Positions 24,536 to 38,714 of a stretch of DNA of 64,000 nt are shown one piece after another (position 1 is the stretch's first letter; every line of letters starts with the position of its first letter). The position numbers and the translations under genes were made by a program. Source of the DNA: Octopus vulgaris (Eukaryota); NCBI GenBank assembly GCA_951406725.2, contig OX597821.1:27838001-27902000 (forward strand), written 5' to 3'. The notes under the pieces were generated by a model. The model did not search any database and was not told the origin of the DNA. It saw nothing but the letters and a program-made list of their open reading frames with translations.

Positions 24536-26285
24536 GTACCTGTTACATATATGTGTGTGTGCGTGTGTGTACATGTTATTATCCATATCTGCAATAGGGT
24601 AGGCTTATCAAATGTAAAAACTGTTTCTGCAAGTCCATATTTTTTATCTCAGCGAAGTCCGCACCCTTCCGCATTCGTTCTTGCAGAAGACATATCATAA
24701 GTAGACACGCAAGTATCCATAGTTGAGACGGTGAACAAAAATGTCGTGGTAAAACTTTTAATATATACATACTTTTGCCTAAGAAAACGGATTGTAAATT
24801 GTGATGACAGTTTGTAGCATTTATATTACTATAGACGGTTACAAATCTGTTTTATTTTGCTTAGTGCATTTTGCTTATGATTTATTTTGCTTAGTGCATT
24901 TTATAATTAATTTATTGGCAATCTCTGTAAATTTCTGTTGATAAATTTTACAGGTGTTTTCTTCGAATACAAGCAAATTCATATGTTCATACTTTGTTCG
25001 TACTGTTCGTATAGTCACTTACGTACAAAGCATATAGACATATGAACGGCTTATATTCATTTATTTATTCAGGGAGAATGGTGTCATTTCATTTATAAAG
25101 AAATACAATATAAATCTTTATTGTTATTTTATTGTCGATTATTTATTTGAATGACACTTTTGACATAAATATCACTGAATAATTTCCGAAGTAAAAAATT
25201 AAGGGACATATTGTAAACACGTGATATTGCTTCCTACGCTATAATCTAGTTTGATGAGTTTTAATTTGTTTTCTCTAGTCTTCCGGCGTTTCGCGCTCAT
25301 CAATGTCATTGTATTTTTTAATAAACAATTTGATTTGGCGATTAAAAATAAAGATCATAATGTGAAACCGATATTAATTTACGTTCAGAAAATTTAAATT
25401 TTTAAAAAAAATTTTCTGTTTCTTTTTGTTTTTAATGTTTGCGTTATATTTTTTATGGACTTAAATATCATTATCATTTTTACTTTTTAGCATTATGTAC
25501 TAAATATTCGGTTATCGTCGTAATATGTCATTTTTTTTTTAAATCGAAGATGCCTTAATTCATCTTGTTGTTATATTTCATTTCTTCAAAAATCAATATT
25601 CTATGGAATGATTGACTCTATTCATTCTAATAAATATCATTTATTAAAGGTCTGTTAATGATAAAAGGCGTATATACCACGAAATTCTCCATAATATTAT
25701 CTTCTAGTATTAAACAATGATAATCATGGCATTGTTTTTTGTTCGATACGGGAAATTAGAAAAGGATAAAGGAAGCAGTATATAATAAAATATTCCATAG
25801 CGATGTCAATACACAGTACAATATCCATTTTTAATCATAGGAACAAGCAAATTTACGTTCAAACATATATACACACGCATATGCATACATACAAACAGAT
25901 TGAAACAGAAAAGGAGACGCATGCTCATTATACATATATAAGTGAGAAACGAAGAGGATGTGTGAATGAGTGAAATGACGATGTAGAAATATGCTCTAAA
26001 TTTCATGCGAAAGTGAATAAAATACAACTAATATAAAAGTGTCCATTTATGGAATTACTCAGCCACACATTAAGCGTAAGACCCAAAAACCTCAACGATA
26101 AAATAAACAACGAATCATGGAACAGTTAACTGTCAGAACAAAAATGAATTTCATTCAACAGTAATGGGTTAAGAAACAATTATTCATAAAGAACTTAATG
26201 GTAAACAATAATACGTTGGAATGAAAATAAGGATGTGATTATTATGTCATACATGTACTAATGTTTGATGTATGGTCCTCCCTAA

Positions 26286-26480
26286 TCAACAACTTTCCTT
26301 ACGCGCTGATCCATTGAATTTGTCAATATGATGATATCCTTTGATACATTTTGAGCAGCTTCTACAAAAGCATCCCAGAGGGCTTCTTGAAAACTGCTGT
26401 CTACCTTGGTAAGCGCGCCCCTTCGGGTTCACGATCTGGTTTAAGTCAAGGGAACGAGGTGGCCACCCCACAAAATGACC
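26286..26480 (-). mobile_element. Tc1 transposase C-terminal fragment
   Basis: VGWPPRSLDLNQIVN (WPxxSPDLNPIEN motif). Confidence 0.65.
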
Positions 26481-26667
26481 CCCGAGAAAACTATTTCTGC
26501 AGGTGTTTTGAGATTTGGTTTGCAAGATTCCTCATGTGAATTCGTGTGTTAAAGCATATTCTACTGTGCTTGGGTATAGTCATTCTCTTTTTGCTGTCTT
26601 ATAATTTAAAACACTAACTGCTAAAGTTCTCACTCATTTACTTATTTATTTTTCTAAAATATTCTTC

Positions 26668-26776
26668 TGTCTTGCACCCTTTTCAATAGTCGTTGACTCA
26701 CAAACAAATATTGGAAAGGTTGCAAGACACAAGGAAAATTTATCGCTATAAGCACGCGTGCTTATAGTGATAAATT
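26668..26776. repeat. Two adjacent inverted repeats (21-bp-arm hairpin plus 40-bp palindrome)
   Basis: tgtcttgcacccttttcaata/tattggaaaggttgcaagaca; aatttatcgctataagcacg|cgtgcttatagtgataaatt. Confidence 0.85.
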
Positions 26777-27145
26777 ATATGGTTATTGACGATTAAGTCT
26801 ATTTCCGCATATTTGGTATGGAAATTTTTCTTTTGCCCTTGTTTATAAGTTGTTTATAAATTTAAGCTTTAAAGGTATGTTTTAATATGCTGGCCATTGA
26901 TACATTTTTTTCGAAATGTTTATCCTATATTAGATGTAAATTTTATGTATATATATACACATATATGCTACATAACTAAATCCAAACGATTTTATTATCT
27001 CTGTTTATTTTCTCTTAATCGTTTCTGCTGAAGTGCATAAAGCTCGAAACATTATACACTTTCTCACTTTCCCGAGCCTCAAACTAATACACCTATCATC
27101 GTATTTAGTTTTCCGTAAATTTCATATATATATATATACATATGC

Positions 27146-27220
<75 letters not shown>

Positions 27221-27691
27221 TGTGTGCGTATATTTATATATGCATACAAGTACACAGTCATACATATACTTTATACACTTTATATATATATTTATATATA
27301 TGTATGTGTGTGTATGTGTGTGTGTGTGTGTGTGTGTGTATACAAACGTAGGACAGCCATAGAAGAATCTTGATAATCCATCAATTATCGACTGAAAATA
27401 CTAATACTCGGTTTCGTGCCTTTACCGATAAGACTGAAATATTCGTATATTGGCGGCACCAACAAGATTTGCGTAGAATGAAACCTCGAGCAAACAAGAC
27501 AATACAGGGCGGACATACGAATGTTAACAAATCTAATTTGAAACGATAGACTAAGATACAATGAATAAAGCCATTCGGCCATACACGATATTGGTGTGTA
27601 ACGCCTAGAACAAATGGATATTAAGAAAGGGAAACTGAACGAGAGGAGAAAATGTTGACTGGCAGACTAAGTATCCGGTGGTGAAAAGACA

Positions 27692-27900
27692 GAGATGGCA
27701 GAATTGTTTTCGCGCAGGCGAAATGCTTATAGGCATTTTGCACGTCTATACGTTCTGAGTTCAAATTCCTCCGAGGTCGTCATTGCTTTTGATCCTTTCG
27801 GAATCAATATAGATAATTACCAATTCAGTGCTGGGGTAGTTTTAATCGTCTTACTCCCAAGCCCGAAAATTCTGGTCTTGTGCCAAAATTTGAAACCGCT
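27692..27900 (+). mobile_element. SINE family B, diverged copy
   Basis: ggcagaa..gagttcaaattcctccgaggtcg..cttttgatcctttcgg. Confidence 0.7.
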
Positions 27901-28697
27901 TATTCTATACTAATATATACTTCAGTGATAACAGATATTTTTATTATCGCGGAAACTAAAGGTGAATCATACACAGATGCATTTCTGTTTGAGTGTAACA
28001 ATGTTAAAATGCTTAAAAACACTCGGTGTTTAAATATTTCATATTTATTTAGTGAGAAAGGGAGAAGACTACATTTAGACTCCAATGAATTTGATAAAAT
28101 TTACACTTACATAGAGCAACATCAAAGGATGTAATCTAAAGTCTGCAGATTCCACAGACCAATAATGCTGAAAAAGCGCTGTTAAAAATCTTTCTGGTAA
28201 AATATTCTTACTTCATAATATTAGTGCACAACGACCATAGAAACACAAATCACGACATCATTAATATGAAAATTAGGTGAATTTAGCTAAAGAATCACGG
28301 CCGATATATACTGTTCGGCTGACATCCTTCTGTTAAGGTCATAAGCAAGTAATCATTTGTTAGGAAGGTGTCGGAATCTACAGAATAATTGATGTCTTTT
28401 TAGGTGTGGGTGACTGACATTTTTGACATCGAATCTAACAGAGACTGTTTAAAGTTAAACATTATGCAGACAGTCTTGATTCATCAGGTTTTGAAGGGGA
28501 AAATATTCGTAAAGGGCAAGATTGGATGAATTCCAAAAGGGTTATGATAGAGAAAAGTGGACGTAAGTTTAAATCAACAATATATTATCGACTTTGATAT
28601 ATCTGCAGTTAAATGTATCTCTATAAATTATTATTTCCAAGTACACACTGATATACATTACACACACACACAGACGCACTTATGTATATGTAGATAT

Positions 28698-28747
<50 letters not shown>

Positions 28748-28884
28748 ATATATATTTATATGTATGTATGTATGTATGTTTGTATATATATATATGTATA
28801 TATATATATTATCTATTTAAATTCACACACACAAACACACATACACACAGGTATATAATAAAATAAAAAGAAGTGTGGTATTCA

Positions 28885-28995
28885 GAGCTTTATTATACAT
28901 TCGTTTCAACAAAATGCGGAAATAGTTAAATAACAATAGTAGAAATATTATGCGATCGTGGATTCCACTTCATCAGTGCCTCGTAATAAATTTAT
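28885..28995 (-). ncRNA. Degenerate hammerhead-like motif in a PLE-like terminus
   Basis: minus strand: CTGATGA (28976-28970), agtggaa...ttccgc, GAAAC-GAAT-GTA (28907-28896), followed by taataaa. Confidence 0.45.
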
Positions 28996-29622
28996 TGTTC
29001 GAGTGATTTCAGTAATAAATCTATTACAGGACACAGCTGGGGTGAATTGCATGACTGCATAAAGTTTATGTCATTGTCATGTAATTACGTGTGTATTTTC
29101 TATATAGATTTTACTACAACCCCTGTTTTCTGGTTATCATTTAGTATATATTTTAATTAGCTCGTATCCCGCACACTAGTGTATTACGAGGTTGGAGTCA
29201 CACGTCCGTAATACACAGGATACTGAAGTTGAGTTTGAACCTATTTCTGAGCAGCATATTGGTTGTATGTCCCACTTTTTTAATACTTATAAAATATTTA
29301 AGTTAATCTGATATGTATGCATATCTGAATAGAAGAGTGTGTAGATATAGCTGTATATCTATAACTATAATTGTATATATAGGTTCTACAGCTATAACTG
29401 TAAAAACTTACTTGGAGAAGAGAAATAGAGAAATAACGCGTGCGTTCGGTCATATAAAAAAAGTCATGTTAAAAAAAAGTCCGTTTCCTTGTTTCATTTT
29501 GTTTTCGTTTCTCGTTGCGTTTATTTTTAGTGTCCTGTATTCATATATATATATATATATGCATGTATATATACAGGTAGATGTAAGTATGTACATATAT
29601 GTATGTGATCACATGATCACAT

Positions 29623-29804
29623 CACGTGACCGACCAGACCATCAGATGGTGTTACACATCGCTGGTCACAATGCGTTCGCATTCTTTTTGCCTTCGAATG
29701 ACGCCACCCCGCTGGTTAAGCGAGCAGTCCAACAGAAGAAAGAGTGTGAGAAAGTTGTGGTGAAAGAGTACAGCAGGGATCACCACTGGAGGCCATTGCG
29801 CCTT
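29623..29804 (-). mobile_element. SINE family A, internally deleted copy
   Basis: tail homologous to 5075-5227 joined directly to the ggcgcaatggcc head. Confidence 0.8.
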
Positions 29805-29863
29805 CACTATATGTATGTATATATGCATATATCTTATTTATTTATTATATTGTTATATATATG

Positions 29864-29950
<87 letters not shown>

Positions 29951-31699
29951 TTTATATATATATATATATATATATATTTAATACATATATATAATGCATA
30001 TAGCTACCTGTTTGGATACTTGTGGGTGTGTGTGTTGCTGAATGTCTTTCAACATATAGACAACGCAACACATACTTGAAAAAAAGAATTTCACTATATT
30101 GACAGACCGTTGATGATCTTGAGCGAGAAATACAGTGAGAGAGAGAGAGAGAGAGGAAGAAGCAGAGAACGTGTATGTGTGTGTCTGTCTACCTGTCTGT
30201 GTGTCTGTGTCTGTGTGTCTGTGTCTGTGTGATAGAACTAAATTTTTTGTCAAGGAAAACAAAGGTGGCTGTTGAGCATATCAAGTTGACCATTGCAGTA
30301 GTGAAGGATCAAGTTCATCTTCAGTAGGTGTTTATACAGCAACGGAGCGATAGGTGGTAACTAGTTTCAGTAAAAGACACCACTCAAAATATCGATCGGT
30401 TTTCAGTGTCGCGTCTAAGAAGAATATTTGAGGAATCCGTTAAAGTAGGTTAGTTCTGTTAATCTTTTAAGTTTTCGATATGGTCCCGATATGGTCTCGG
30501 TATGGTAACATAAACTGCATCACATTCTTGGAAACCTACTTCATGCCACATTTATATAGGGATATCACTGATAAAATTCTCCGTTCACTATTCTCTAATA
30601 TTAAATATATTTCTTCACCAATTTTCTCAATTCGAATGATATATTTTTATCTTCTCGAATATTTTCAGATATTTGAATGTACTTCACGGAATGATATCAA
30701 ACGCTATAATTAATTAATATTCCTTTGAGAAAATATGGCTTGAAAATAGAAATAACTCACTTATCCAGAGGCAAGTATAGTAAAGCTCTCTTTCGTAGAA
30801 TCAAAATTTTTGAAATGGCACTAAGATTTTCAGCCAAATATAATGTAAAGAATAACCAGTACCATGGTCAGAAAGCTGAGTTAGCGTTAAAAATATTCAT
30901 TTCAGTGAAATGCATGCAAGCAGCGCAGAACAGTTTAACAGGCCATTGAATGATGAATTCCTGTATAAGTTAAGCTGTTATGACATGTCTTTCTCTTGGA
31001 TTTCGCTTCCATTTGGTTTTGAGTATCAGCATTTATAATTAAGCACCGTATCATTTTGTAGTTTGAAGTGAAAATTACCCCGGCAAAAATAGGAAACAAT
31101 ATTTCAGTGTTTTATATGCCCTGTGAATATTTATATACTTATTCTAATGTAACTGAGGCAAAATGGAAATGCTTGTGCAATTACTTAATATTAAAGGCTA
31201 TTATATATTCTTTGAAAACTCTGAAAGCTGAATATAAGCTGAACTATTTGTAATTATGCACAAGAATCGAATAAATTTTGAAAGCATTCGTTAGCGTTTT
31301 GTGTCAACATTTCAAACAATTTCTTGCTTTTCGCCAAATTATGTCGAATGAGCGCTGAGCTGTTAGCCACACATTCTCTATATTTTCCAGGATTTTACTG
31401 CCTGTCTCCATCGGTGCATTTTAATTACTCAGGCCGATTTATTAATGTTTTCAGGGCTGCTACTTTATTTCCCGGTGATCGTACAAAACACCATTTCTAT
31501 TTCTACTTCTGTACACTCTTTAATTTGCTAATGTGTCTGAGCATCAAATGTTGCTACATGTGTAGCATGATATAACCCGAAGACGCATTATAAATCCACT
31601 ACACGTGCGCACACACAGGCACACGCACATATAAAGATACGCAAACACACACAGACACACGTACACACATATAAGTTCCTGCTTTTTCATGTCTCGCGA

Positions 31700-32060
31700 A
31701 AAGCCTAGCTGGAGGCCCAAACTTCTGAGTTCCTTTACAGGGCATTCAAAGATGAAACCGCTGCAATAATTGTGTGAATTTGAGAGAGGATATTTATTAA
31801 AATCATAATCAACTGATTTTCCTGTATTTTCATTTATCCAAATATATGAGTCGGCACCATTTCAGAATCCATTAGCCAATACGATGGGGTGCTGAAACGT
31901 TTGGTTGGAAGCGCAACCTTCCGAGTACTTTTACAGGGGTTAGAAAAACTGAAGGACTTCTGCAAGAAATGTATGAATCTATGTTGAATAGAATTGAAAT
32001 TAACTGATCCTCCTGTATTTTTTTTTTATCCAAAGCTAGGAACTTTTCAGCACTCCATTG
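31700..32060 (+). mobile_element. Two tandem mariner-derived MITE copies
   Basis: tacgatggggtgctgaaa...ggaacttttcagcactccat TIR-like ends (31881-32059); shared aactgat..tcctgtatttt..atccaaa; third copy at 40003-40207. Confidence 0.65.
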
Positions 32061-32172
32061 GATGTGTATATGTGGAACAAATCACTCATGTGACTCTTAG
32101 AACTCGGTCATAATTTACAACTATGTTTGGTTATTTGGGCAACAAAACGATCCGGCCCCAATAATTACATAT

Positions 32173-32391
32173 TTTTTACTACCCACGATGGGCTATACAC
32201 AGAGGAGACAAACAAGGACAGACAGACGGATTAAGTCGATTACATCGACCCCAGTGCGTAATTGGTACTTAATTTATCGACCCCGAAAGGATGAAAGGCA
32301 AAGTAGACCTCGGCGGAATTTGAACTCAGAACGTAACAGCAGACGCTGTTACTGCCAGATCGCTGTTACTGATGTTTCTGCCAGATCGCCC
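32173..32391 (-). mobile_element. SINE family B
   Basis: colinear with 14051-14286. Confidence 0.85.
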
Positions 32392-33869
32392 CAGTAATTA
32401 CCGTTTACGTATTTGAATACTTAATACAACTCTCTGGATTGATCAGCCTGGATTTGACAGGATTTGACAGTGTGGCAGGATTTGACCTTTGAATTGGTGG
32501 TGCAATCGATCCGAAATAATTCTATCCCTCTACCAAGTATTCTTTTCGTGTTATGAGTTAATCCAAAATTTTAGGAAGTGACACCCAAGATGCCACATGA
32601 CAGATTCGAAACCGAGTTCTCATGATTATGAATAACGCCTTTAACCTATTATCTATCGTTAGCTTACATGCACACATAAAGACACGCACACAGTCAAACA
32701 TATACATAGACACACGCATAATCGCACTCATGTATACATTATAACTATAAATTATTCTATGTTTATGTGAAGTGGAAACCGAAAAGGCTATGAACGAAGA
32801 TAAATAAATTGAAGTATTCGGAATATTAGCCTCCGTTTTAATTCTCTATTTACTTTTGATACACAGAATGCAAAATGAACAGCGTTTAGCATCATTGGAT
32901 GCAAATCTTCCATGCATGAAAATCCATGCATGGCATTATATATCAGCTGCCAGAATATTGATTTTTTTTCTTTTGCGTTCCATTTTGGTTAGTATGCCAC
33001 GATGCAAGATCTATGAATTAAACTGTCTGAATTGATTAACATATAATGGAGTTAGGTATTAAACTTCACAACAATTCTCAAAGGAAGTGATTTATTAAAT
33101 TTACCTGTATACGCCAATATAAGATTAGATATAAATTGAGCAATAATTTGGCGATTATATAACCTACACTGTGCATAAATTGTCTTCATTTGTAGAAGGA
33201 ATATGGATAAAATTGGCATTCTTTTGACAGATATATAAATGCCCTATATTTTAGGGGAACATCTAATGCGCTTGTCACGTTCTTTCTCTCTGAACGTTAT
33301 AGTTGACGTAAGAGTAAAGGAAATGTTTTCAATAGAGAATAAAATCATCTGCCTTGATTTAATAGCTTTGAGTATATTATACATTTCCCTTCGCCCTAAG
33401 TACAAAATTCATCTATATAAGACGCAGAAAACCAAGGAAATGCGACTTTAATGCACTTCCTAACAATAAACTGTAATAATACCATGGTACTGGTGAAATA
33501 TTCATGGTCTGATATGTTCAGATTAAACGTTAAGTTCGTCACAGTGATCCAATAGTATCTGCTATATTTTCTCGTTTTAAGGCTCTTAGTTTACGCGGTA
33601 GGAATTATCAAATACTTGAACGAGAACCTCAGGTGGCGAATTTGTATGTGCAGTATTAGTATATGTGTATGTGCGTGTGTTTGTGCATCAGTTCGATTAT
33701 ATGAGCAAAACATCTACCGATTTAAGATACCGCAACACAGAAAAAATTGTCATTACCATTTGCATACTTCAATTCACATCCATCCCACTTGCATTTTGCA
33801 TGAGGCTCGACTTATGACATACACTGCATAAAAGTTGTTTTCCTAGTCAAAATAAATAAACCTTACCTT

Positions 33870-34800
33870 CACTTCATTAAAGTGGGGCGAACAGCTTGCT
33901 CCCATCATAAAGATTGTAAATACTCATGCATAGCTACTACATACAATCAATCACCCGTTGATTTCTGTGGATGTTACTTAAGAATTGAGAGATGTGAGAA
34001 ACATTTCCGAATAGTGAGTAGCCTACAGATCCTATAGATGCCCATCTTCTTGTCCACACCACTGAAAATTCTCTTGAGAAGTGTATCAACTCCGCACAAT
34101 TAAATTGTAACGACTGGGTAACTTATGATAATGGGCTTAAAAATCAGCAGTCATTCTTTTAATATTTCACCCTACATACTACTTACTATTTTTAATATTT
34201 CACCCTACATTATATTTAACAGAATCACTGGGAAAGAATTCAAATTTATCGTTTCCCTTACCGCACACATACTCATGGAGAATACTGAAGTTGTTACCTT
34301 GTCCGCCATAACTTCAAATCAGAACACACACTTTTCCAAATCATTGATAATACTTGCATAGTGATTTTTTACTACCTCTCATCTTGAATTGGAGGCACTT
34401 GTCTCAAATGAACTCTCTATTGTGTCATTATATGTTACTTCAAAAGACAGAAAGTTGACAGTTATACTCCACCCGTGTCCACAAATGCAGCTAAACGTTA
34501 AACATTGCATCGTGAAGTCAACATTTCCGCTATTTATTATCTTTAGAGTAAGTAACAACCCGAATCCTCACTGTGGATCTTTATCTCCACAGAGTCGCTA
34601 TACCACGAAATTTTAGAGTATTTAATGGCCCTTATCAATGACAATCACAGAAAAATCTTCGGATTTATTTAGAGTATATTCCAGCCTCTATAATCATTTG
34701 GATTAATTCATTTAGATTAATTGCTTGTTGTGAGACACCTTCACTGCTGTATGTGCGACCTGGTCATCCCAGCAATGTTTTTAACAACTGGAATGATCAT
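33870..34800 (-). pseudogene. Possible very old Gypsy pol (RT-RNase H) remnant
   Basis: minus-strand peptides NLNELIQMIIEAGI/TLNKS and FETSASNSR*EVV resemble Gypsy RT C-terminus and RNase H TDAS motifs; heavily decayed. Confidence 0.3.
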
Positions 34801-35164
34801 CAATGTTCTTTCTCACTTATACTCATTTTGCTTCCATATTACAGAGCTTTCGACTGTTACATATAAACACTCGTTTATCTGAGATTCATTATTATACGCC
34901 TGCAATATGTGTTATACATAATACGGATTAAACAAATAAACTTACCAACAAGTGTTGTGTGCCAAAAATGTCTATAACATAAGATTACAATCCTACTGAG
35001 TAAAACTAAACATTATCTTAGCGAATGCTTACGTTTAAAATGATAGGAAGAAACAAACGCACAATAAGGATTCGCTATTTCAAAACGTAACGCTGAAGGT
35101 GTGTTGGTATTATCAAAACACTAGAAGGATAAGATTTAAGTTATAAAAGCATAGCCAGTTAGTA

Positions 35165-35586
35165 ACTCTTTACTCTTTTACTTGTTTCAGTCATTTGGCT
35201 GCGGCCGTGCTGGAGCACCGCCTTTACTCGAGCAAATCAACCCCAGGATTTATTCTTTGTAAGCCAAGTACTTATTCTATCGGTCTCTTTTGCCGAACCG
35301 CTAAGTTACGGGGACGCTAACACACCAGCATCGGTTGTCAAGCGATGTTAGGGGGATAAAGAGATATATATAAAAACACACACACAGGTACACACACACA
35401 CACATATATATATATATACACATATATACGGCGGGCTTCTTTTAGTTTCCGTCTACCAAGTCCACTCACAAGGCTTTGGTCGACCCGAGGCTATAGTAGA
35501 AAACACTTGCCAAAGGTGTCACGCATTGGGGCAGAACCCGGAACCATGTGGTTAGTAAGCAAGCTACTTACCTCAGAGCCACTCCT
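35165..35586 (-). mobile_element. SINE family C (tRNA head plus CORE-like domain), full length
   Basis: minus strand aggagtggct..ggtaagtagcttgct..ggttccgggttc head; gacacctttggcaagtg CORE-like segment; internal (TA/CA)n; aaagagt tail repeats. Confidence 0.85.
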
Positions 35587-36649
35587 ATTATTTCGATATG
35601 AAACAATAATTTAAACGACAAACATCAAAGAAACCCATTAAAATAACATAAAATATATCACATTATAATACATAATGTATAAACGTTTTCTAGATTTTCC
35701 TGGAAGATCGAATCCGTCGATCCAAAGTAGCTTCGTCATGATTAAGCCCAGGTTTCTTCCATAGATTAAAGCTGACGCTAAATTGTTTCACCATTGTTTA
35801 CATGAGTATATATGTCAATATTTAATTGATTGAAAAACAATAGTCTCGTAGTATCTGCTAGGAACAGCAAATATTTCTCTGTTAACGACCGATTTTAGGA
35901 AAGGATACACAGAAGGCATTCTTAGATACTCTATTTCTGAAGATAAAACCGGGTCTTTTGAGCGAGTGAGTTATTTTTAATAGGTATGGTCCATGACATA
36001 TGACAAGGAGCTAAATGACGACCACAACAAACGAAAACAACATACCTCTTATTCATATCTTTCATTCCATTTGTGGTTTAAAATCAATGCAAATAATAAC
36101 TTCCATAATATTACTTTGTAATGAATATATAATTCTAAGATTGTTAACATCAGAGGAAAATTTCATCTCAATTCGTTCTGCTTTCCCAGTCTTGTTGCAC
36201 ATAAACTTTGAAACAATCATATACAACGATAATATTTGTCGTAATTATCATATATTACATTCGTAGATATGAATATATAATTCATACCACATTCGTTTGA
36301 TGTTTGTAAATATGGAGTTGGCAGTGTATTTTTTCATACATATGTGCATAACATATGCATAATTTACTATATGCTAATTATGTAGTAAAATGTTTGTCAT
36401 GTTATATTATACATACATATATGTACATATGTATGTGTGTGTGTATTTGTATATGAATATATACATAATGATTTCCTCTTAAAACGAAATGTGTGGGATT
36501 AAGGCTCAAATGATGCGATTTCAGCATTTACTAATATGTTAAAATACAATCTCTTACGTGTATAAACGCACAAACACAAAAACACACACATACACACATG
36601 TACACAGACATAAACACAAATGCATCCACGTGCGCAAAAATGCACACGC

Positions 36650-36688
<39 letters not shown>

Positions 36689-36849
36689 AAATAATTGATA
36701 CTCAAGATAGAGACTAATGGAAACTTCATTGAGCGCACCGATCGTTTCGGCTTACTTCTGCACAACTCCCTAGTGTCCAGGGTGCGATATAATGGAATCA
36801 AATGTACCTCACAGTACAGAAAAGTTTTTCTCATGTTACATAAGTAAAG

Positions 36850-37180
36850 AGGGAATGACCCTTCATCAGTTGTTGGCTGTCTATCTACTCCTCATTTTGA
36901 GCATTCAACGACAATATGAGTCTTCAAAGACAGTTGCTCCCTTGAATTCCAAACAAAAATTTTGGAATAATGGAGGGTCAAAGTTGGGAACAAAAGCAAG
37001 AGATAGGAGACATACAAGGAAACCGAACGAAAACAAACACGGAGAGTCGTTAGACCAGAACGAGAGGAAAATAGCGAACACTGGGAGAAATGTTTACTTA
37101 GAAAGTGAAAAAGATAGAAAAGAGATAAAGGAAACGTCCAGTCTTTAGAAAGTCGTGCAAGAAAAGGAAGATGGTCATGT
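36850..37180 (-). mobile_element. Second copy of the 20320-20630 repeat, with degenerate tandem hammerhead cores
   Basis: reverse complement reads ctgtct-TTGAAGA..atgctc-AAAA-tgagga-GTA-gatagacag..CTGATGA-agggtcattccct. Confidence 0.6.
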
Positions 37181-37196
37181 ACATATGTGTGCGTGT

Positions 37197-37276
<80 letters not shown>

Positions 37277-37740
37277 ACATATATATGTATATATATATAT
37301 GTATGTATATATATACATATATGCATATACATTTATATATGTATGTATGTGTGCGTATTATTATGCATAGAGTTATTGTGTTTTAATTTATGAATTCTCT
37401 TTTTTTTTTATTTTACTCTTTAATTGATATTTGAATTTCAAGGAATTTTGAAAAAATGACGCTAAAACGTATTCAATCACAGTGTCAATGCATTTTTGTA
37501 TATATGAAGAATATGTGTTATCTATAAACGAGAGTGAACTAATGATACCATTATTGGTTTTATTGTGGTGAACGAATGTAAAAGATATTTTTAATTCTGC
37601 AGTTCCTATAGAACAGTATCACTCCGCATAAGCAAGCTAGTAACTTCAGAAGCATCCAAATACCTGAACGAAGTCTAATAGCGCCTAATAATTCCTTAGA
37701 CACCGTCAAAAAGCAATGGATGAAAAAAAAATTATGAACG

Positions 37741-37891
37741 TCGTCACTTACTCTTTCTCTCTCTCCCTCTCTCACTTTGTCTTTCCCGTGAAACTCTCTG
37801 CCCCTCTTCCACTTGGAAGAAGGAGGCAGAGATTTTCACGGAAAAGACAAAGTGAGAGAGAGAGAGAGAGAGAGAGAGTAAGTGAAGACGA
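37741..37891. repeat. Fold-back element with (CT)n/(GA)n inside the arms
   Basis: 37741-37811 pairs imperfectly with 37814-37891; 2-nt loop. Confidence 0.85.
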
Positions 37892-38510
37892 TCATAAAAA
37901 TAAAATGTAAAATGTTTTGTCTTTTCTTAAACACAAGACATAGTGTTCAAATTCTGGATGATTTTATAATCATAGTATATATATTTTATAATCATAGTAT
38001 ATATACTTTCTCACACAACAATTACAATGTATTTATTTTAAATCATTTACTTATTTCAATTCGTTCATCTTTCTCCCCCTCTCTCTCTCTCTCACACACA
38101 CACATTACTTTGGTGCGAAAAAGTTTTGTTTTAATTTTACGCCGAGTAAAAAACTGTTTTGTTGAGAATCCATGTATTTAACAACAAAGAAACAAAGAGG
38201 TGAGTAACAATTTGTCAGTGAATTACACAATATAAATGGGTACAATTTTCGAGGCTTTCACCACATCCCACCCCGTTCACGGACCACAAAAAGGCTTTTG
38301 TAGCATATTAGGATGCCAGAGTAGTTGATTCAACGCAAAAAATCCGATATTTTTTCTAAGTGAAAATCGTGCGAGTGTTAATCTACAAATTTAACAACAT
38401 TTTTATCATTCATTTCTGCAATAGGTGTACGTACGTGTGTGTATGTGTTTTCGTGTCTGTTGCCCATATATATTTATATTATATTATATATATAATATAT
38501 AGAAAAAATA

Positions 38511-38639
38511 TATATAATATATATAAATATAATATATATAATATATATAATATAAAAATATATATAATATATATAAATATAATATATATAATATATATAA
38601 TATAAAAATATATATAATATATATAAATATAATATATAT
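38511..38639. repeat. Pure A/T minisatellite, 50-bp period, ~2.6 copies
   Basis: 38511-38560 is identical to 38561-38610; a third partial copy follows. Confidence 0.9.
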
Positions 38640-38714
38640 GATATATATATATATATATATAATATATAATATATATAAATATAATATATATAATATATAA
38701 ATATGTATAATATA

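Noticed and set aside
30300-30380. CTGAAGA and GAAACTAGTT on the minus strand
   Set aside because: Order and pairing do not give a coherent hammerhead
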